Numbered from the stretch's first letter, positions 25,881 through 41,571 are shown. The stretch is 64,000 bases of DNA from Paraspadella gotoi (GCA_051294375.1 CM119268.1:9545216-9609215); one strand, 5' to 3'. Numbers and translations are program-made. Notes: a model not told the origin generated them from the letters alone.

Positions 25881-28524
25881 AACTTAGCTATTAAATAACG
25901 TTGGTTGTCAACAATAATGTCAGATACTATCTAGGAAAAAAGTATATAACATAATTCATTTAATCAATAAAAACTACCTGCATTCGTCTGGGCATGCTCT
26001 CATACAGCAAATTGAGGTATGGCAGTGAAATGTTTTTCTACATCTTTAACGAAATTCTTTTTTGACTCAATGTTGATGTTGTACGTCTTTCTCTCTTTTT
26101 TAAAAGGTATAATAGCATTTTTTTTTAACCAAAAAGAGGTGCAAGGCCTTTAGCATTGCTGAATTAAAAAAAAAAATAACTAACTCTATTCGAAATAAAA
26201 ACAAATAACTAAATACTAAAAATGGAGGAAAACTAAATATGATTTTTTTCGCCATTTTTAATTTGAAGTAGCAATATTTTTTGGCCTGTAACTTCTAAAA
26301 GATTTGACCTACAAAAAAATGGAAGGAAGCTACAGAAAAAAAATTCAATGTAGATCCGGAAATATTTTAATTTTTTTTAAATAAAATAAGTTTTCGAATA
26401 GATATCCTTTATTAAAAATGTTATATACTTTTTTCCTAGATAGTATGTATAAATGTGAAAAATAGAGAGGAAGGTTTAGCAAATTTGGTGGCAGGCGTAA
26501 TATCTCTTTGAAACTCGTGAAAAGGTTCGAAATACTCAGAGCGTGAATATTTTGTTTAAAGTGTATGTCAGCCATGTCAGCCATGTCTCTCTTCTAACCA
26601 ACCGAGACGAGGTAATCACTTTTGGCGACTCTAATGACGTCAGGTTTTTTTTTTCATTTTCGTCTCTCGGTTTCGTCTTTCGACGAATTCGTCCTACATT
26701 TTTTCGTCCTTGGCCTTCGTCTTTCTTTCTCTCTACCTTTTTCATTTTCGTCCTTGGTTGATTTTTGCAAAATTTCTTTTCGTTTTTCTTTTTTAAAGTT
26801 TTAACTTGTCCTTCATTCTTTTACTTCGTCCTACTTCGAATACAAATTGCTTACAAGTTTCAAATCATTACTATCACCGGCCCAATCACGGCCGATCACT
26901 CGTTAATCACCGATTGATTATTCCCATTTTTTCGTCATTGTATTAATAACCATGGCAACATAAACGATGAAAGCCTTTTAACAGATTTTTTACATTTTTT
27001 TTCTAATATAAAAGTTTCTCTTATTCGATTCGAATTTGACAGCATGAAAATTCAAAAGGCTCTCTTAAATCGATTAAAAAGGTCGGTAAGTTAATAAAGC
27101 GATAAATTAGCTGTGATCTCTTTTTTCTCCTCTCACTTCTTTTTGCTCCTGACCCCCAAGCTCACGCCGCTCCGCACCACATTTCCCTTTTGTTCAACTC
27201 CCCCCCTAACCTCGCCATCTCTGAATCTAACCACCGAAAGATCGAAAAAGGCTCCTTCGTTCGTTTCGCTCAAAAAATTGAACTGGTTCCGGTTTTTCCC
27301 GGTTGGAGGCGCGAAATCGATGGAGATAAATCACGATCAGATTCGATTTCCCTTTTATTTTTCACGAATAAAATCTTTCACTTTTTTTTTTGATTGAAGG
27401 TTCTGGAATTTCATTTCGGTGAACTTTCGCCTTCGATGTCAGAGAGAAACGACATTGTGATCCCGAGAAACGTACAGTTTGCCAGCTAGTTGTTAATGTT
27501 TCAGTAACTTTCTTTTTTTGTGATATAATCTGATAACTTTGATTACGTAGTCTCCCTGGCGCCACCCAGATCTTATGATAGCTACTCTCGTCCTCACGTC
27601 GCCATTCGTACCCCTTCACGCCACCAGGTTCCGCCACTCGGGTCTGCCAGTCACCAACCAGAACATCTCATCCTCTCTGATTTTCTCACATTTCCTTCAT
27701 GTGTGTGATAGTGTGTGTTTGTGTGTGCTTTTGTCTCAAAAAAAAAAAAAAAACGAATGAAAAAAACGATAAAGCAAACGAAGAAAGAGTATTTAAAATA
27801 TTCTCGATTCCTCTCATCATGTGAGGTCGCTCCTCCGAAAAAAAAAAAACACCTCCGAAAACATAGTTTCAGTTTTTAAAACATATACATACATCGTCGA
27901 CAAACAAAAGCAAGGCAACGAATTTTTCTCGAGTTTTGCGTGTTCGACGCCGAAACCGACGAGGGACGCGATGTTTGGAATGCGTTAGAAGTTTTTCGAG
28001 ATTCTGGCGGGAATTCGAAGGCTTATTCGCGACGTGTCGAGAAAGAGGAGTTCGTTGGGGGGGGGACGCGAGAGGGGGAGGTGATGAAAAGGTGAGGGCC
28101 AGTGGAGGGAGAAAGAGGCCAGTAGTTTTTCGCTATAAAGAGGATTCGAAAAGGGTTGTGGGGGGGGGGCGCATGGGTTGATGTTCTTCAATTGAAGTCG
28201 GGAGGATTCGCTGACCCGACAAGGGAGAAATGTTTGAAAGAGATAGAGAGAGAGAGAGAGAAAAAGAGAGATAGAGAGAGAGAGAGCAGGAAAAAGTCAC
28301 GAAAGGTGGAAAGAAAACCTTTTTTCCCCCCCGATAATTGACTTTTTCACTAATTAAGAAGTAGAGGCGAAGGAGACTTTGCATAAAAAAGGAAAAATCA
28401 TCGTTAAAGAACACGAATCTCTCTCTCTCTCTCTCTCTCCCCTTCAAATTTTACTACTAATACTATTCCATCGACATAAGCGCGACGATTATCACCTCAA
28501 CGACAAAATTGCCTCAAGTTATAA

Positions 28525-28564
<40 letters not shown>

Positions 28565-28894
28565 TTTTCGCCGACGCTAAAAGGAAATGTCACTCCATCT
28601 CTATCATTTAGCACTCGGTCTCAACCACTCCTACCATTCTCGCCTCGTCCCGGGCACCACCCATTTTTGCCACTGTCCCGGGGTTTCGCCCACCCTCGAA
28701 GATGTTCTCTCTCTCTATCTCTCTCTCTCTCGATCTGGTTTTTCGGAAATGAAAAAGAGATTGGATAAGAAGGAAGTGAGTTATACTCTCCTCATATTTT
28801 ACAACGAACAGCTTTGGGTTTTAAAGAAAGGAGAGGCGTAGAGGCGTCTGCTCGCGATAAGTCGGACAATAACAGTACGAAGGACGCTCTGATC

Positions 28895-29015
28895 TGTTAT
28901 GAAATTGGAACAACCAATATAAGAATTATTCATAAATTCCTTAAATAAGCCATCTTGCCAAGGTATTACAAGGTATTAACATACCAGGGCCTTATAAGCT
29001 TTTAATGAAGACTAG
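28895..29015 (+). repeat. Dispersed repeat family copy (also at ~42104 and ~46303)
   Basis: All three loci share TGAAATTGG...TATAA.AATTA...TAAG..ATCTT.CC. The 28.9 and 46.3 kb copies also share CAGG.CCCT..AAGCTTT.AAT.AAGACT. Confidence 0.65.
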
Positions 29016-30580
29016 CGGTCTAATTGAATAATAGTATTATCTTATTGAAGGCCAAAAAATGTTTGTATATTTAAAAAATGTCAACGTTACTTTTGGAAAC
29101 TCTTATCTCTTTCCGGTCGGATTCAATTTTTCTGTCTCTTCTCTTCTTTTCTGTCTCTTCTTTTCTGTCACTACTTTTCTGTCTCTTCATGAGAATTTTC
29201 TATTTTCCTTCTCGGTACCACGACACTAGCGCTTTCTCCTTTCTTTTCCCCCTTTCTTTTTTTTTTAAAGGAAAGTCTCGATTTTTCAAATTCCTCGAAT
29301 TTCGACGATAAACTTTTTTTTTCGGAGAAAAAGAAAATCCCAGATTCCACTTGAGACGAAAAAGAGGAAGGAATACAAAAAGCTACATGTGTGCCAGAGA
29401 GAGAGAGAGAGAGGAGAGAGAGAGACAGAGAGAGGAGAGAGAGAGAGAGAGAAAGAGAGAAGGAGATCTTTAATCTAAAAATTTAAATGATTTTAAATAT
29501 TAATCTTTTGCTAAGTAAATTTCAAAGCAAGAAAAAAATTGTCTCTCACGGGGGGTTTAATAGAAAAGGAAGAAAGGACAAAATGTCAGAGAAAGAAAAC
29601 TACGAAAGGGAAAAAAAAGAAAAAAAGAATGAAAAGAAAAGAAAGAAAGAATGGAAAGTACACTCTAAAATTACCTATCTTCTATTTCAGACAGGTTAAA
29701 CAGACTTTGTTCCAATGGCAATTTTTCTTTTGTCTTTTTTTTTTATTCTTTCCGTCAGATGTCGGGATTCACATTCGACAAAAACCCTACTCAAGATTTT
29801 TTCGATTTTTTTCACTTCCTTTCTCGGTTCGACTTTCCCAAATTCAGAATTCTCTTCGTCTCTATCTCTATTCGTCTTTTCCGGTTCATTTTCTTCTTCC
29901 CCCCTTTTGTTCTTTCGACGTCTCATCAACTCGAGTTAATTGGCGAAATAAAACGCCCTCTCGTTATATTGATGCCGCCAAAGTCGTCGGAAAAGTCGTA
30001 TCGGTCGTCGTCGTCATCTTCCTCGTCGTTATTATCGTCGTCTTTGTTGTCTTCGTTTTGTCTGGAATTCAATTTTAGGTTGCAGCCGACTCCCGACGCA
30101 AAGGCCGAAACAGTAGCTAATTCTACATATATCTTAAGTTAAGAGAAAACATTAGCAAGATCGAGCCTTGAACCCGTTTCTTTCGAGACACTAATCGAAC
30201 ACCTCCCGAATCAAGCCGCGGATTACGTTCGTCTTCGCCGTCATCGTCGAGAAATCCGATGACCGTAAAACCAATAATTAAAGTATTTAAACATCGTTTT
30301 CAAAGAGGCCGCTGGTGTTTGCCTCGCCTCCAAAGGGCCGAACGCCGGCGACCGTGACGGCCACCTTTGATTCCACCTTCGCCCCGTAAATGTCGGTAAG
30401 ATAATCAACTGCCACCCCGTTGCCACTAATTACACAATACACAATACCAATACACCGCGTTCGAAAATTTTGAATTGTCTCTTGGCACGTTTATCGTTAG
30501 AATTGTTGTCATCGTCGTCGTTGCCATAAAACACGAAGAAGTCAGATTCGCGACCATATTGGAAGAGACAACGCAATTCT

Positions 30581-30622
<42 letters not shown>

Positions 30623-31066
30623 GTCTCTTTTTCTTTTTCTTTTTTTCTCAAGCACAGTAGCCAAATGCTTCGAAAAAGTTTAAACCAGATTGCGGTATGA
30701 ATATGGCGAAGAAACATTAACGATGAAAATGAAATATTGACCTTCAGCTGAAGCACATTCGATTCAGTGAATATCGCGATGTGATTTACTTTTGCCCATA
30801 GATATTTTCGCCCGCTGTACATTTTCGCCCTCCCGGCATCTAGACAATACTGAGACTCGCTGATGCGTAAATTGCATACCAAGAGCTGAGACGCTTTTAA
30901 TATTTATTCAGTGTTGGATTACCGACTCCCTCAGACTGACCATCTGGAGCGATTTATCCTAAAAAGCAAAATGTTTATCTTTTGTTGATTCAATTAAGCT
31001 TCCACGGTTGGCCACCAGGGAGAAAATTGATGGAAAAACCGCGAATGCAGATCATATTAGTTATTA

Positions 31067-31104
<38 letters not shown>

Positions 31105-34100
31105 AGAAGAAAATAGATGCATTTCTTGTTTCGCCGACTGATTTGACGTGACGAGGTTACGATGTTTACACCCAATGACGGTATATTTTGGGATACGGCT
31201 TCATGATTTGACGTCCGCTGACTGTCGAACGGAAAATGTGATCGACGGGTCAGACTAGGTCGAATCTTTTATTCGTGGAATGAATATTTAAAGGAGGCGA
31301 AGATGAGGATGGGGAGATATGGAGTTGGGATGAAGGGTGATGAAGTGAGAGAGGGTGAGAGGGTGGGACGTAGGAGAAGGTGATAAGGAAGAATTAAAAG
31401 ACCAGGTTTAGAAGGCATGGAAAGGTTTTTTTATGACAGGAGAATGAAGAGAAGTAAAATAGAGAGGAAAGGAGGGAGATAGTTGAAAGAAGAAAACATA
31501 GAGAGGAAGGGAGAAAGGTTAAAAAGAGAGGGAGATAGGTATAGGGGCTAAGAAAGGCGAGAGCGAGTCTGAAAAATGAATGACGTCCGAAAAACTCTCG
31601 ACTCTTTTCGCTCCTCGGGGCCAAAGGGTTCGAGGAAAAACACGGAGAAACCGAAAGGAAGGAAATACGCGATAGGGAGCGACAGCTGTGAGTGTGATCC
31701 AATGCCTTCGTGAAAAGAGTGAACTCAATTACATTGTGAACTTCTTAAAATTCACCAAGTTGATCGTATGAGATAATCACGATGTATGATGAGCACAAAT
31801 CATTGATCAGTTTTCGATTATCAATCATAATAGAGCTTTAAAAAGGACACACATTACGCATGTGCTTAAAAAGCGAAACTTTTTTCGACTTGGTTTCTTG
31901 GTGACTCCCACTCTGTCGCTCTAACGTCGCCTTTTGACATCCAAAAGTGAGAAATCGTCGTCTCCTAGGAAACGACGTGTAACGCCCGTCGGGAGAAGGG
32001 TTATCGAGGCGGCGGAATCTCAATGGGACACGCCCACAAAAATGGCGTCGATGAGGAAGGTCAGACTAAGAAAGTTCAAAGTAAAATTTATGGGGCAGCA
32101 ACGTGACGTAGAATTTGCGAAAAAATTTGAGTCAGAGGTAAGAAATATTGAGTATTAAGTATTAAAGTATTACGTATTAAATATTAAATATCTAATTATT
32201 AAACCAGCCTCAAGCAAAGTTAACCGAAAGATTATTATTCTCGAACAAGATGATTGATCTGCGAAAGTCTGAAACTCATGAACGGTAATGAAGATATCGG
32301 ACACCCACTTCGTGAATTATCTGATCGGAAATGTACCACACCGAATTAAAAAGAGGAATGACTTAACTGCCCGTGATATCAGCAGACATGTGCAGTTTGT
32401 GCACTGAACATTGTAAACCGAATTAGTTTCAGTTAAAAATTAAAAATCTACCAATCGTAACTAATAATCGAATAAAACGGTAGCCAAGTAGAAAAAAAAA
32501 AACCGATCACGAAGTAATGTTCGTTTTTCCAACCTCTAATCAAGGAGTGGCCCTTGTCAAATCCCATCACCTAACTACCGCGCGAACGAAAACCACATCG
32601 CGGAAAGTTATTTTGATTTCAGTTTTCATCGATTGAAAAGACGCGACGACATTGGAGAGACTCTGTTCGATTCGAGGATTTACATGTCATCGTCTTCGTC
32701 GCGAGATGTTTTCGACTCGAGATTGAACTTTCCGCCCACGACCGTGTATTTTCAACGAGTAATAAATAAACGATTCCCGTTCGATTTGAAAACGATTTAT
32801 TTCCATTTCAACATTTTTCGAGTTCAAAATTCCCCCCGCCCCCCCTTCCTAAAAAAAAAAATAGGAAAGATAAAACACATTTTTCCCCCCTCTGGTTTTA
32901 CCTGGAGAAAAGTGATAAAATTTGGAAACGACTTGAGCGATTTTTCTTCTTTTCAACGATGTCTCTTCCATTTTAGTGGGAAAAACATCGGTGTATTTTT
33001 CAGTCTTTTCAATCTTTAACGATGGTTGTAGTTATTTTTTTAATAATAAATAAACTTTATTAATTTTTGCGTCGTTCATTATTTTCTCAAATTTTTTTTT
33101 TTGGCGAGTTTAAATAACGGCGGGTGAAAAAAAATACAACCAGAAATTAAAGAACAGGGAATTTAGAAGAAAATTAATGAACAGGTTAACAGTTGCGCAA
33201 AGATAATGATCACAAAAAAAAAAATGGGGGGAAAAAAAAACAATACGAGGAGTGAATCACGAGCTAGAGAGAGAGACAGAGAGAGACAGAGTGAGAGTAG
33301 CGGGGAAAACAAGAGAGTAAGCGGGAGGGAGGCAACCAGCTCAGCGGAAGCTCTCGGTAATAATTTCAGTGAAATGTTCATTTGCGATTTATAAAACAAA
33401 ACAATAAAAAATCGTAATTAAACAAAAGATTATTATTTTTTTCGTTTCCCTTATGAATATTCGGATCGAATGCGCGTGTTGAGGAGAGANNNNNNNNNNN
33501 NNNNNNNNNNNNNNNNNNNNNNNNNNNNNNNNNNNNNNNNNNNNNNNNNNNNNNNNNNNNNNNNNNNNNNNNNNNNNNNNNNNNNNNNNNNNNNNNNNNN
33601 NNNNNNNNNNNNNNNNNNNNNNNNNNNNNNNNNNNNNNNNNNNNNNNNNNNNNNNNNNNNNNNNNNNNNNNNNNNNNNNNNNNNNNNNNNNNNNNNNNNN
33701 NNNNNNNNNNNNNNNNNNNNNNNNNNNNNNNNAGGGGATGGTGTTTTTTAAAACATCCTGTGGCAAGTGTGTCAGTGCACGGAAATGAGGTTTGTCAGAG
33801 TGGGTTTGGGAAGAACATCAATTAAAAAAAACAAAAAAAAAAAAAACAAGAAAACAAAAATATTGGTTTACTGGTTTCTACATCTAGGCTGAAAAAATAA
33901 CTTAAGTTTCGTTTGAATCGATTGTGGATTCGATTAAAATGATCTATCGAAACTTTGCATAAAGAAAAAGGTGAGAAGAAAAAGTAAAGAAAGAAATGCG
34001 GAGTCTTTTGGGTGTGGCCTCTTCAAGTCCAGGTTAAAAGAAAGTAAAAAACAGGAAAAAAAAAACCCCGAAAAATATAAAAAAATGATAGAGCGAAGGG

Positions 34101-34569
34101 GAAAAAATAAGAAAATGAGAAGAGAAAACGAAGAACATAAGTAAGAAGTGCAAAAAACAATAAAATACACGAAACAATAAAACAAAAATAAAAGAAAACC
34201 CATAAAAACTTGGGCGTTTATTATCGCGCAACGAACGCACGTGGCACCGGAAGTCTTCCAAAGACGTCAGACGCTTGAATGATGAAAGACTTTTTCATAA
34301 ACTCTCATAAACGGAACAGGAGTTATGGCGTTGAGTTTTAAAAGGCAAAGCGGGGGGGGGGAAGCAATGGGATGAAGTGGAAAATGAACGAGGAAAATGA
34401 ATTATAGAAAAAAATGGAAAGAAGTACATGAAGGAAAACAGCAAAAGGTTTTTAGCAATGAAAGGAAACATAAAAAAACAAAACGAAAGATGGAAACAAA
34501 AGGACAAAATAACGTTAATTTGATAGCCAAGAAACTTAATAGATAGATTAATAATTAATAATTATATAT

Positions 34570-34585
34570 GATAGTAATAATAATA

Positions 34586-34659
<74 letters not shown>

Positions 34660-34660
34660 T
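34570..34660. repeat. (TAA)n microsatellite
   Basis: Read directly. Confidence 0.95.
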
Positions 34661-34963
34661 AATAATTAATATATAGATTAATATCAGAAATGAAAGAACG
34701 TAACTGATTTAGTTAAGAAATTCTGTTTTTGATAGACGTGACTCAAGTCTATGTACATTTGTTAACTTTGTCTAAAAAGTTTTCATTGTTTCGCCCCAAA
34801 TTACAAATCAATCTCATTCAGCGTCTCGAGACTTCAAATTACTAATCCTCTTTTTTTGCGAATTCGCCTGATCGATTTGGACGGAATTGCACAAAGCAAT
34901 CTTCAGAAAGTCGCAAAAGTTTTACCAGTGGGGAGAACAAAGGGGGAGAGAGGGAGGGGGAGG

Positions 34964-34994
<31 letters not shown>

Positions 34995-35189
34995 CCTCAT
35001 TAAAAAAGCGGCCGTGATAAAAATCTCATTGTGTGAGGAGAGAAGGAAAAAGTGTGAAAAAAAATCTTGTCTTTTACTTCTAGTAAAATAAAAGTGAAAG
35101 GGGATAAAAGTGAACGGGAGAGAGAGAGTGGAAATTGAGATAAGAGATGAAGAGGAAGAGTAGAAGGTAGAAAAGTGGTGTTGTTGTCG

Positions 35190-35190
35190 T

Positions 35191-35234
<44 letters not shown>
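35190..35234. repeat. (GAT)n microsatellite
   Basis: Read directly. Confidence 0.95.
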
Positions 35235-36764
35235 TAGTTACTGAGGTGGAGATGGGGCGTGTCGATAAGTGGTAATGAGCGAATTCGGACGATGAAAGAA
35301 AAGAGAAAGATGAACCTTTACTTTATATTTTTATTTTTTAAAATCTATTCAAATTGTGAAAAATTAACTCCTTCGCGGCTTCTAGTGCTTCAAAGAGGCG
35401 GAGAGCGAGAGAGAGAGAGAGAATGAGGAGAGATGAGAGAGGAGAGGGAGAGATTAAAACTCAAAATTGCGCTTCTTTTCATCGATTGTCCGTCATGCGA
35501 GGACAGCAATTGTGATCAAGGTTCATCCAGGCGTGGCATCGACCCATATCCAAAATGCCACACATGCCTCATTTCCACACACACACACACACACACAAAC
35601 TGGCATCAAAATCCCCCCCTTTCGATAACCATCAACCTTTTTGTCGAATTCTCTCATCGATGTTTATCAGCGACTGTCATCGAAAATTTACGTCCCGGTT
35701 CTTCCTTTATGTTCTGAGGGAATTTTTGATGGAAAAGAAATTAACGAGATAAAAAAAAAATTTCCCCCGAGGTGAGGCCGCCCGAGGAGAGAAAAGAGAG
35801 GAGAGAGAGAGAGAGAGAGAGAGAAATCAAATTAGCGAGTTTTAGACGGTGGGAAAGAAATTTCTTTTAAGGTCAGAGCTAATGAAAGGGCGGGTTTGGG
35901 TTTGGGAGAAAAAGGATTAGATTGATTCGTCTTTTTTTTTTTCTCCAGCGGCTCAAGTTTCTCTGTGAATCAAAATCAATATCGATTTGAATTACATCAT
36001 TTTTCATTTTCATTTTCCATTATAAAATCCTATGAAATTGGTAAAAAATTCATTCCTCTAAATAATTGCACACGACTTTGGGCAGGATATGGTTGGTTCA
36101 AGGCAATCCTTCGATCACGTCTAGTCTCACAGTCTAGTTTATTCCCCTCCAGAGTACCCGGCTTCCGTAACAATGAAGTGGTATAACATTTTTTAGAACA
36201 GTTTTAAAAAGTTACAATTTGATTTTCTTTCAACTTGGTGAAACTCGAACCTAAAAAAATATGGATTCTCTCTCGGTAAGATTGATTTTTATTTCTCACT
36301 TGTTTTCATAACTCTGGGCGTTTTTCGCTCTCGCGTTTTGCTAGATTTTTGAGTTTTTTTCCCATTTTTTTCCCTTGCTTCTTTTTTTTAGCTTTTTACG
36401 CTTTCAAGTTCGATTCTCACACCGTCGTTATTCACTCATCGCCCAGAGGAAAACGAAGGGGCGGTGGAGTGCGTGGGGTTCGTAGCGAAAGGCGCGTGAT
36501 ACGCAGCGTGGGCAGAGAGCGGGGCGCGTAGCGAACGAGGCATAAGATTAGGGTTGGGGAGCGGTTAAAAGGGCCGCAGGGTGAGTCTTTGAGGGAGATC
36601 AGGTCCGGGATCTCAGGGCGTTGACCGACCCGTTAAAACGCTTTCCACATTCTCTGAGTTTTTTCATCATCTCCGAGAAAAGGAAATTTCTAAAGCCTCA
36701 AGTTATTTTGGGGTGGGGACTTGGGAAAGAATCGGGGAATGGGAGAAAAGGGAGAGATAGAGAC

Positions 36765-36817
<53 letters not shown>

Positions 36818-37729
36818 ACAAGTCGTGATGGTATAGATATCGCCTATCCAAATCAGGATCAACGTTGACCTGAAAAGATCGACTTTCGCCTCGAGAAAGA
36901 AAAGATTCCCCCAAAAGCGGAGAAGGGAGAACTGCGCCTCCTTATCTATTTTGGGGGGGGGAGGAGGTGATGGCTCCAATTTCGATATTTTTGACGTTTT
37001 ATTCTTTTAGTCTCATTCGTAGTAGTCTTTGTTTTAGTTGTCTCAAAAAAGTAATAGTATAATAAACATCACCACGGGCTTTGCCCCTAGTTATGACGAA
37101 CCTTACCAATTTTGTGCAATTTCGTCAGCGTTAAGTATTCAATTATCGAAAAAGAAACACCAAATGTTTTCGAGGCACCTTGGAATCCTTGGATGGCCTC
37201 ATTTGAAAACGAATTTCTAAAACTTGTTTAATTTGGCAATCGTCTTTACAAAAATATTTTCTTATTTAAACTGAAGAAGATGTAAGTTTTGAAAGAGCGT
37301 TCTTTCTTCGCGAACTAAAATTAAATCTACTAAAATTAGACAAAATTTAAGTCGGCGATATCTCAGAGAGCGATAACCTAACATCTAATATTATATAATT
37401 ATATAATTAAATATATATAATTCCACGTTTGTTTACTCAAATGACCGACGATCAGCTTCTCAACTGTAACCTTGAACACCTTTCGAAAGGTCAAGGTGTC
37501 TTGTCTCTCTTGCCACAAATATCTTTGTTGTGAAAAACTTTTTTTTTTCTTTTTAAGTTTTTTCCCCAGAAAAGAGCAGCAGCAGCGTCAGCAGCGTGGC
37601 AGCAGCAAGTGAATAAGAATGTTGCGGAAAATCTTGCGGTTTTTTAAGGTGAAATGAAAGAAATTAAAATGGTTAAACAGGTGAAGGCGGTAAGACCTCA
37701 AAGGGGAAAAAAATGCTGGGAGAAAGAGG

Positions 37730-37779
<50 letters not shown>

Positions 37780-38086
37780 AAATAGATAAATCCAATAGGA
37801 TTCTACCTAGTATAGTATAATTTTTTTGTTGTTGTTCAAAACTGGACGATACAATTATAAATTTTTACTTCCCGATAGAAGTTAAACGACTGCCAAGATT
37901 TTGCTGTAATTCGAAGCGTCTTCAAAAAGGACCAGAGCTGATGATTTTTTTTAAATTCTGTTGTATGAAAAGAAAACGGAAACTGAAATGTCTGTAGGGA
38001 AAGAGGGCGGGACCAATTTTCACGTCAGGAAAACAAAAGGGATCTTGTTCAATTTGGAGGGAAGACAAAAAACAGTCCCACTTCGC

Positions 38087-38119
<33 letters not shown>

Positions 38120-38558
38120 TCTACTCCTCTCTCTCTCTCTCATCTCATCTCTCAACAATTTATAAACAAACGCGAAAACAAAATTGCAGGTTGTGACTTT
38201 TTAGAAAGAAGTTGCTTAGGGAGAATTTATGCTAGTTTCCCCATCTCTCGTAAAAACATCGCGCAAAATAATGTTCCACGTAAACAAAGAAACGGGGAGG
38301 GGGGTTCATTCTGAGGATCGATGACTCTCGAGGCGACTAAGAAAACTAAGATGCGGAAAACAAAATGAGCAACAAATAGAAGATGACACCATATATAATA
38401 GAGATATGAACAAATATACACATTACGCAACCGAGTTAATGACGTTACGAGGAAATAAGATTTCGCTCAAAGGCGACGCTAACGAGAATAATTACTTAAT
38501 CATTTGGCACTTGAAAAGGTGACATGTTTTCTCTCGTCTTTTTTATCATTGCCTCTAG

Positions 38559-38616
<58 letters not shown>

Positions 38617-38934
38617 CACGAATGAGAAAGAAAGTTGAATTTAAATTAAGTATTTAAAAAAAAAAATATTCGTTTAAAAGATAACAGAAGAGGAAATGAC
38701 GAGAACGGAAAAAAAAAGAAGAAAAAGAAAATATTTCTCGTCATGAATGAATAAGAATCTTTGACTAATTTGACTCTCATTATGTGTGTGTTTGTGTCCG
38801 TGTGTTCAAAACAAACAAGTCGAGTTCTTAAGTCGGATCCAATCGGCGACGCGAGATTTCGACGTCTCACGAATGTCGACCTCCCGTGTGGATCGATCGC
38901 TCAATCGCGGCGTCGATTTGAGAAGGGTGGGGCC

Positions 38935-39020
38935 CCCGGATGTCGGAAGAGAACCCGGATGTGGTAAGAGAACACGGATGTGGTAATGAAACTCGGCCGA
39001 GGAAGGAGAACCCGGATTAG
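38935..39020. repeat. ~18-bp tandem repeat (AAGAGAACCCGGATGTGG-like)
   Basis: 3-4 imperfect copies. Confidence 0.7.
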
Positions 39021-40505
39021 GGAAGGGACCGGGGACCCGAAAATGGTACTCTGATGAGCCGAGGGATTCGGATTAGGGTCCTTGGCTGTTTACAAATAAG
39101 AAAGCCTGCCGATTAAAACGGAGATTTTTTTCGGGACAGACTTTGGGTCTTAGTTTAGGCGAAGACCTCGCCTTATAAAAATAAACTTGCGACAAAACTC
39201 GGTTATATTTAACCAACGTCCCCAGTTTCTTTCGAAACGAACGCAAACAAAGATCGAATTTACTTTGGAGTTCGCAATGTACTCACTTTTTTATTTCGCG
39301 AATCCTAAATCCATTCAAAAGTTTAAAAAAAATGGAAAAACCAAACTTGGCGGTGAATTCCTTGCCGCCGCCTCGCCAGTATATCGAGGCAGGTGCGTGG
39401 CCGAGACTTGTAATCAGATGCAGGCGGTGAGACAGATGCGAGCACGGGCGGTGATACAAAGGCGGTATTGCAGATGCGATCACGGGAGATTCAAATGTGT
39501 TTTTTTTTTCCTTTTGCTTAATTTTTTCCGCCCGTTGTTGAGAGTCGAAATTTACGTTTGAATTTTTTAAAGAAGTTTTTTAAAAATTTTTAAAATTTAT
39601 TTATATTTTCTCCCGTGTCAGTTCGCTCGTAGAAGTTTTGTCTTTTTTTATAAAACATTTTCACGATGAATTCATAAATCAAGTTCCTTTGCGTCCAGAC
39701 GCCATAACATTCGGATCGAAACTAGTGATTCTGAAATAAAATGACAAATAACGTTGGTTTCATACTATTTGCAATTCCCGTCGTCGTCGTCGTCGTCGTC
39801 GAAAATCAAACCTACATTTTCGCGAAATCTATTAAACGAGGTTTGCAAAAAAGTATAAAAAGGAGAAAAGGATATATTAATTTAATTAACATGAACACAA
39901 AAAATTAAGAGAAAATATAGTTGTTGGGAATGAGAACCGGTTCCAAGTTTCGTTCCGGAAGTTCGATTGCATTTTCTCCCGGCCTCAACTCAATCTCAAC
40001 ACGCAATGTTAAGGTTGTTTATAAACGGAAAGTTCCTATGTATTAGTCATACAAGGTAATAAAGGGATTAACGTGATTGATATTGAAAATATATCCAATT
40101 AAGCGGTACGAGTTGTCATTGTCATTAAGGATAATATTATTAATCAGTTAAAATAAAGTCGAAATAAATCCGTTATTCCTAATGATGAAAAAAATTGGGA
40201 AATTATACTAACCAGACTTGTAATACAAATAGCCTCTCTCAAGCCAATTGACAATAGCCTCTCTCGTTTCTAACCCGCTTAACTATAATATCGGCAATAA
40301 ATAATTCCGAAAAAATTATTATAATAAAAACACTAGTTATGTAAGTCAAAAGTAATACAAGAGAATCATTGCGGATCAAAGATGACAACAAAATCGTCAA
40401 TAAAAAATCGAACAAAGACACAAAAGGTGGCGGCGAGTTGAAAGAAGTACAGAAAACAAAAGATATGCATTTAACATGAGAAAACTGAACGAAAAACGAG
40501 GGACC

Positions 40506-40601
<96 letters not shown>

Positions 40602-41501
40602 AAAAAGTGATCGCAAATAGGAGATTGTCGTTCATTTGGAGCAAAGGTCGTTGGGAGAACATTACACTCAAGGTTTTATTAAAATGGAAAAGAAATACGA
40701 AAAATAAAAGTTAAACAAAACTACCGGTATATTGTAAATTTTTCGGGGTTTTATTTTTATCATCAATACGTGACCGCTTTAGTGAGTTGTCTAGAGCGTT
40801 TGAGTTTTGAACAATGCAAAGTATGATGGACCGCTTGGGCAAAGAGAAAGTTTCCGCGAACATTTGTAATTCTCGTAATATCTTGATTTCGCAGCGGGCA
40901 TTTTCATTCGGGAAATAACATTCATTGCAGTAAAATGACCCGCGGTGATTTGTGATTCTGGCTGCTCCTTTGTTTGTCCCCAAAGTAAAATTTATTGATT
41001 CGTTCCCACATTCGATCAACGACAAAGATAAGATATTTAGAATTTTCTAGATAAAAAAATCCATTGAATTGAAAAAAAAAAAAAAAAAAAAATTGGGTCA
41101 AATCGTAAAAACCAAAGTAAACCAAAAAAAAAAAAATCTAAACGTTGGAATAAAACGAGAAAACTTCCAAAAAAATATTTTTTTTCTAAATATTTCTTTC
41201 CGACGAAATAAAATTGGACGCGAATAGAATAAAAAAACCACAGGAAAAAGACTTCGGGAGAAAAGAAAATATTAAAAGAAAATCGGGTTTTTTTCTTTGG
41301 TCGTGGTCTTCCTTCGGATTTTCTTTTTTTTTTTTTTTTTCTGATTGCACACGTAGAAAAAAATCCGTTCGCTTTTCGCGAGATATAAATAAAAAAATCT
41401 GAGGAGGTAATAAAAACCGAAATTGGAATGAGAATTGAGACTAAATTAATTCCGTTTTTTTTCTCTGCGGTCGCGTGGCCAATAGACCTCTTCATTAAAA
41501 T

Positions 41502-41571
<70 letters not shown>

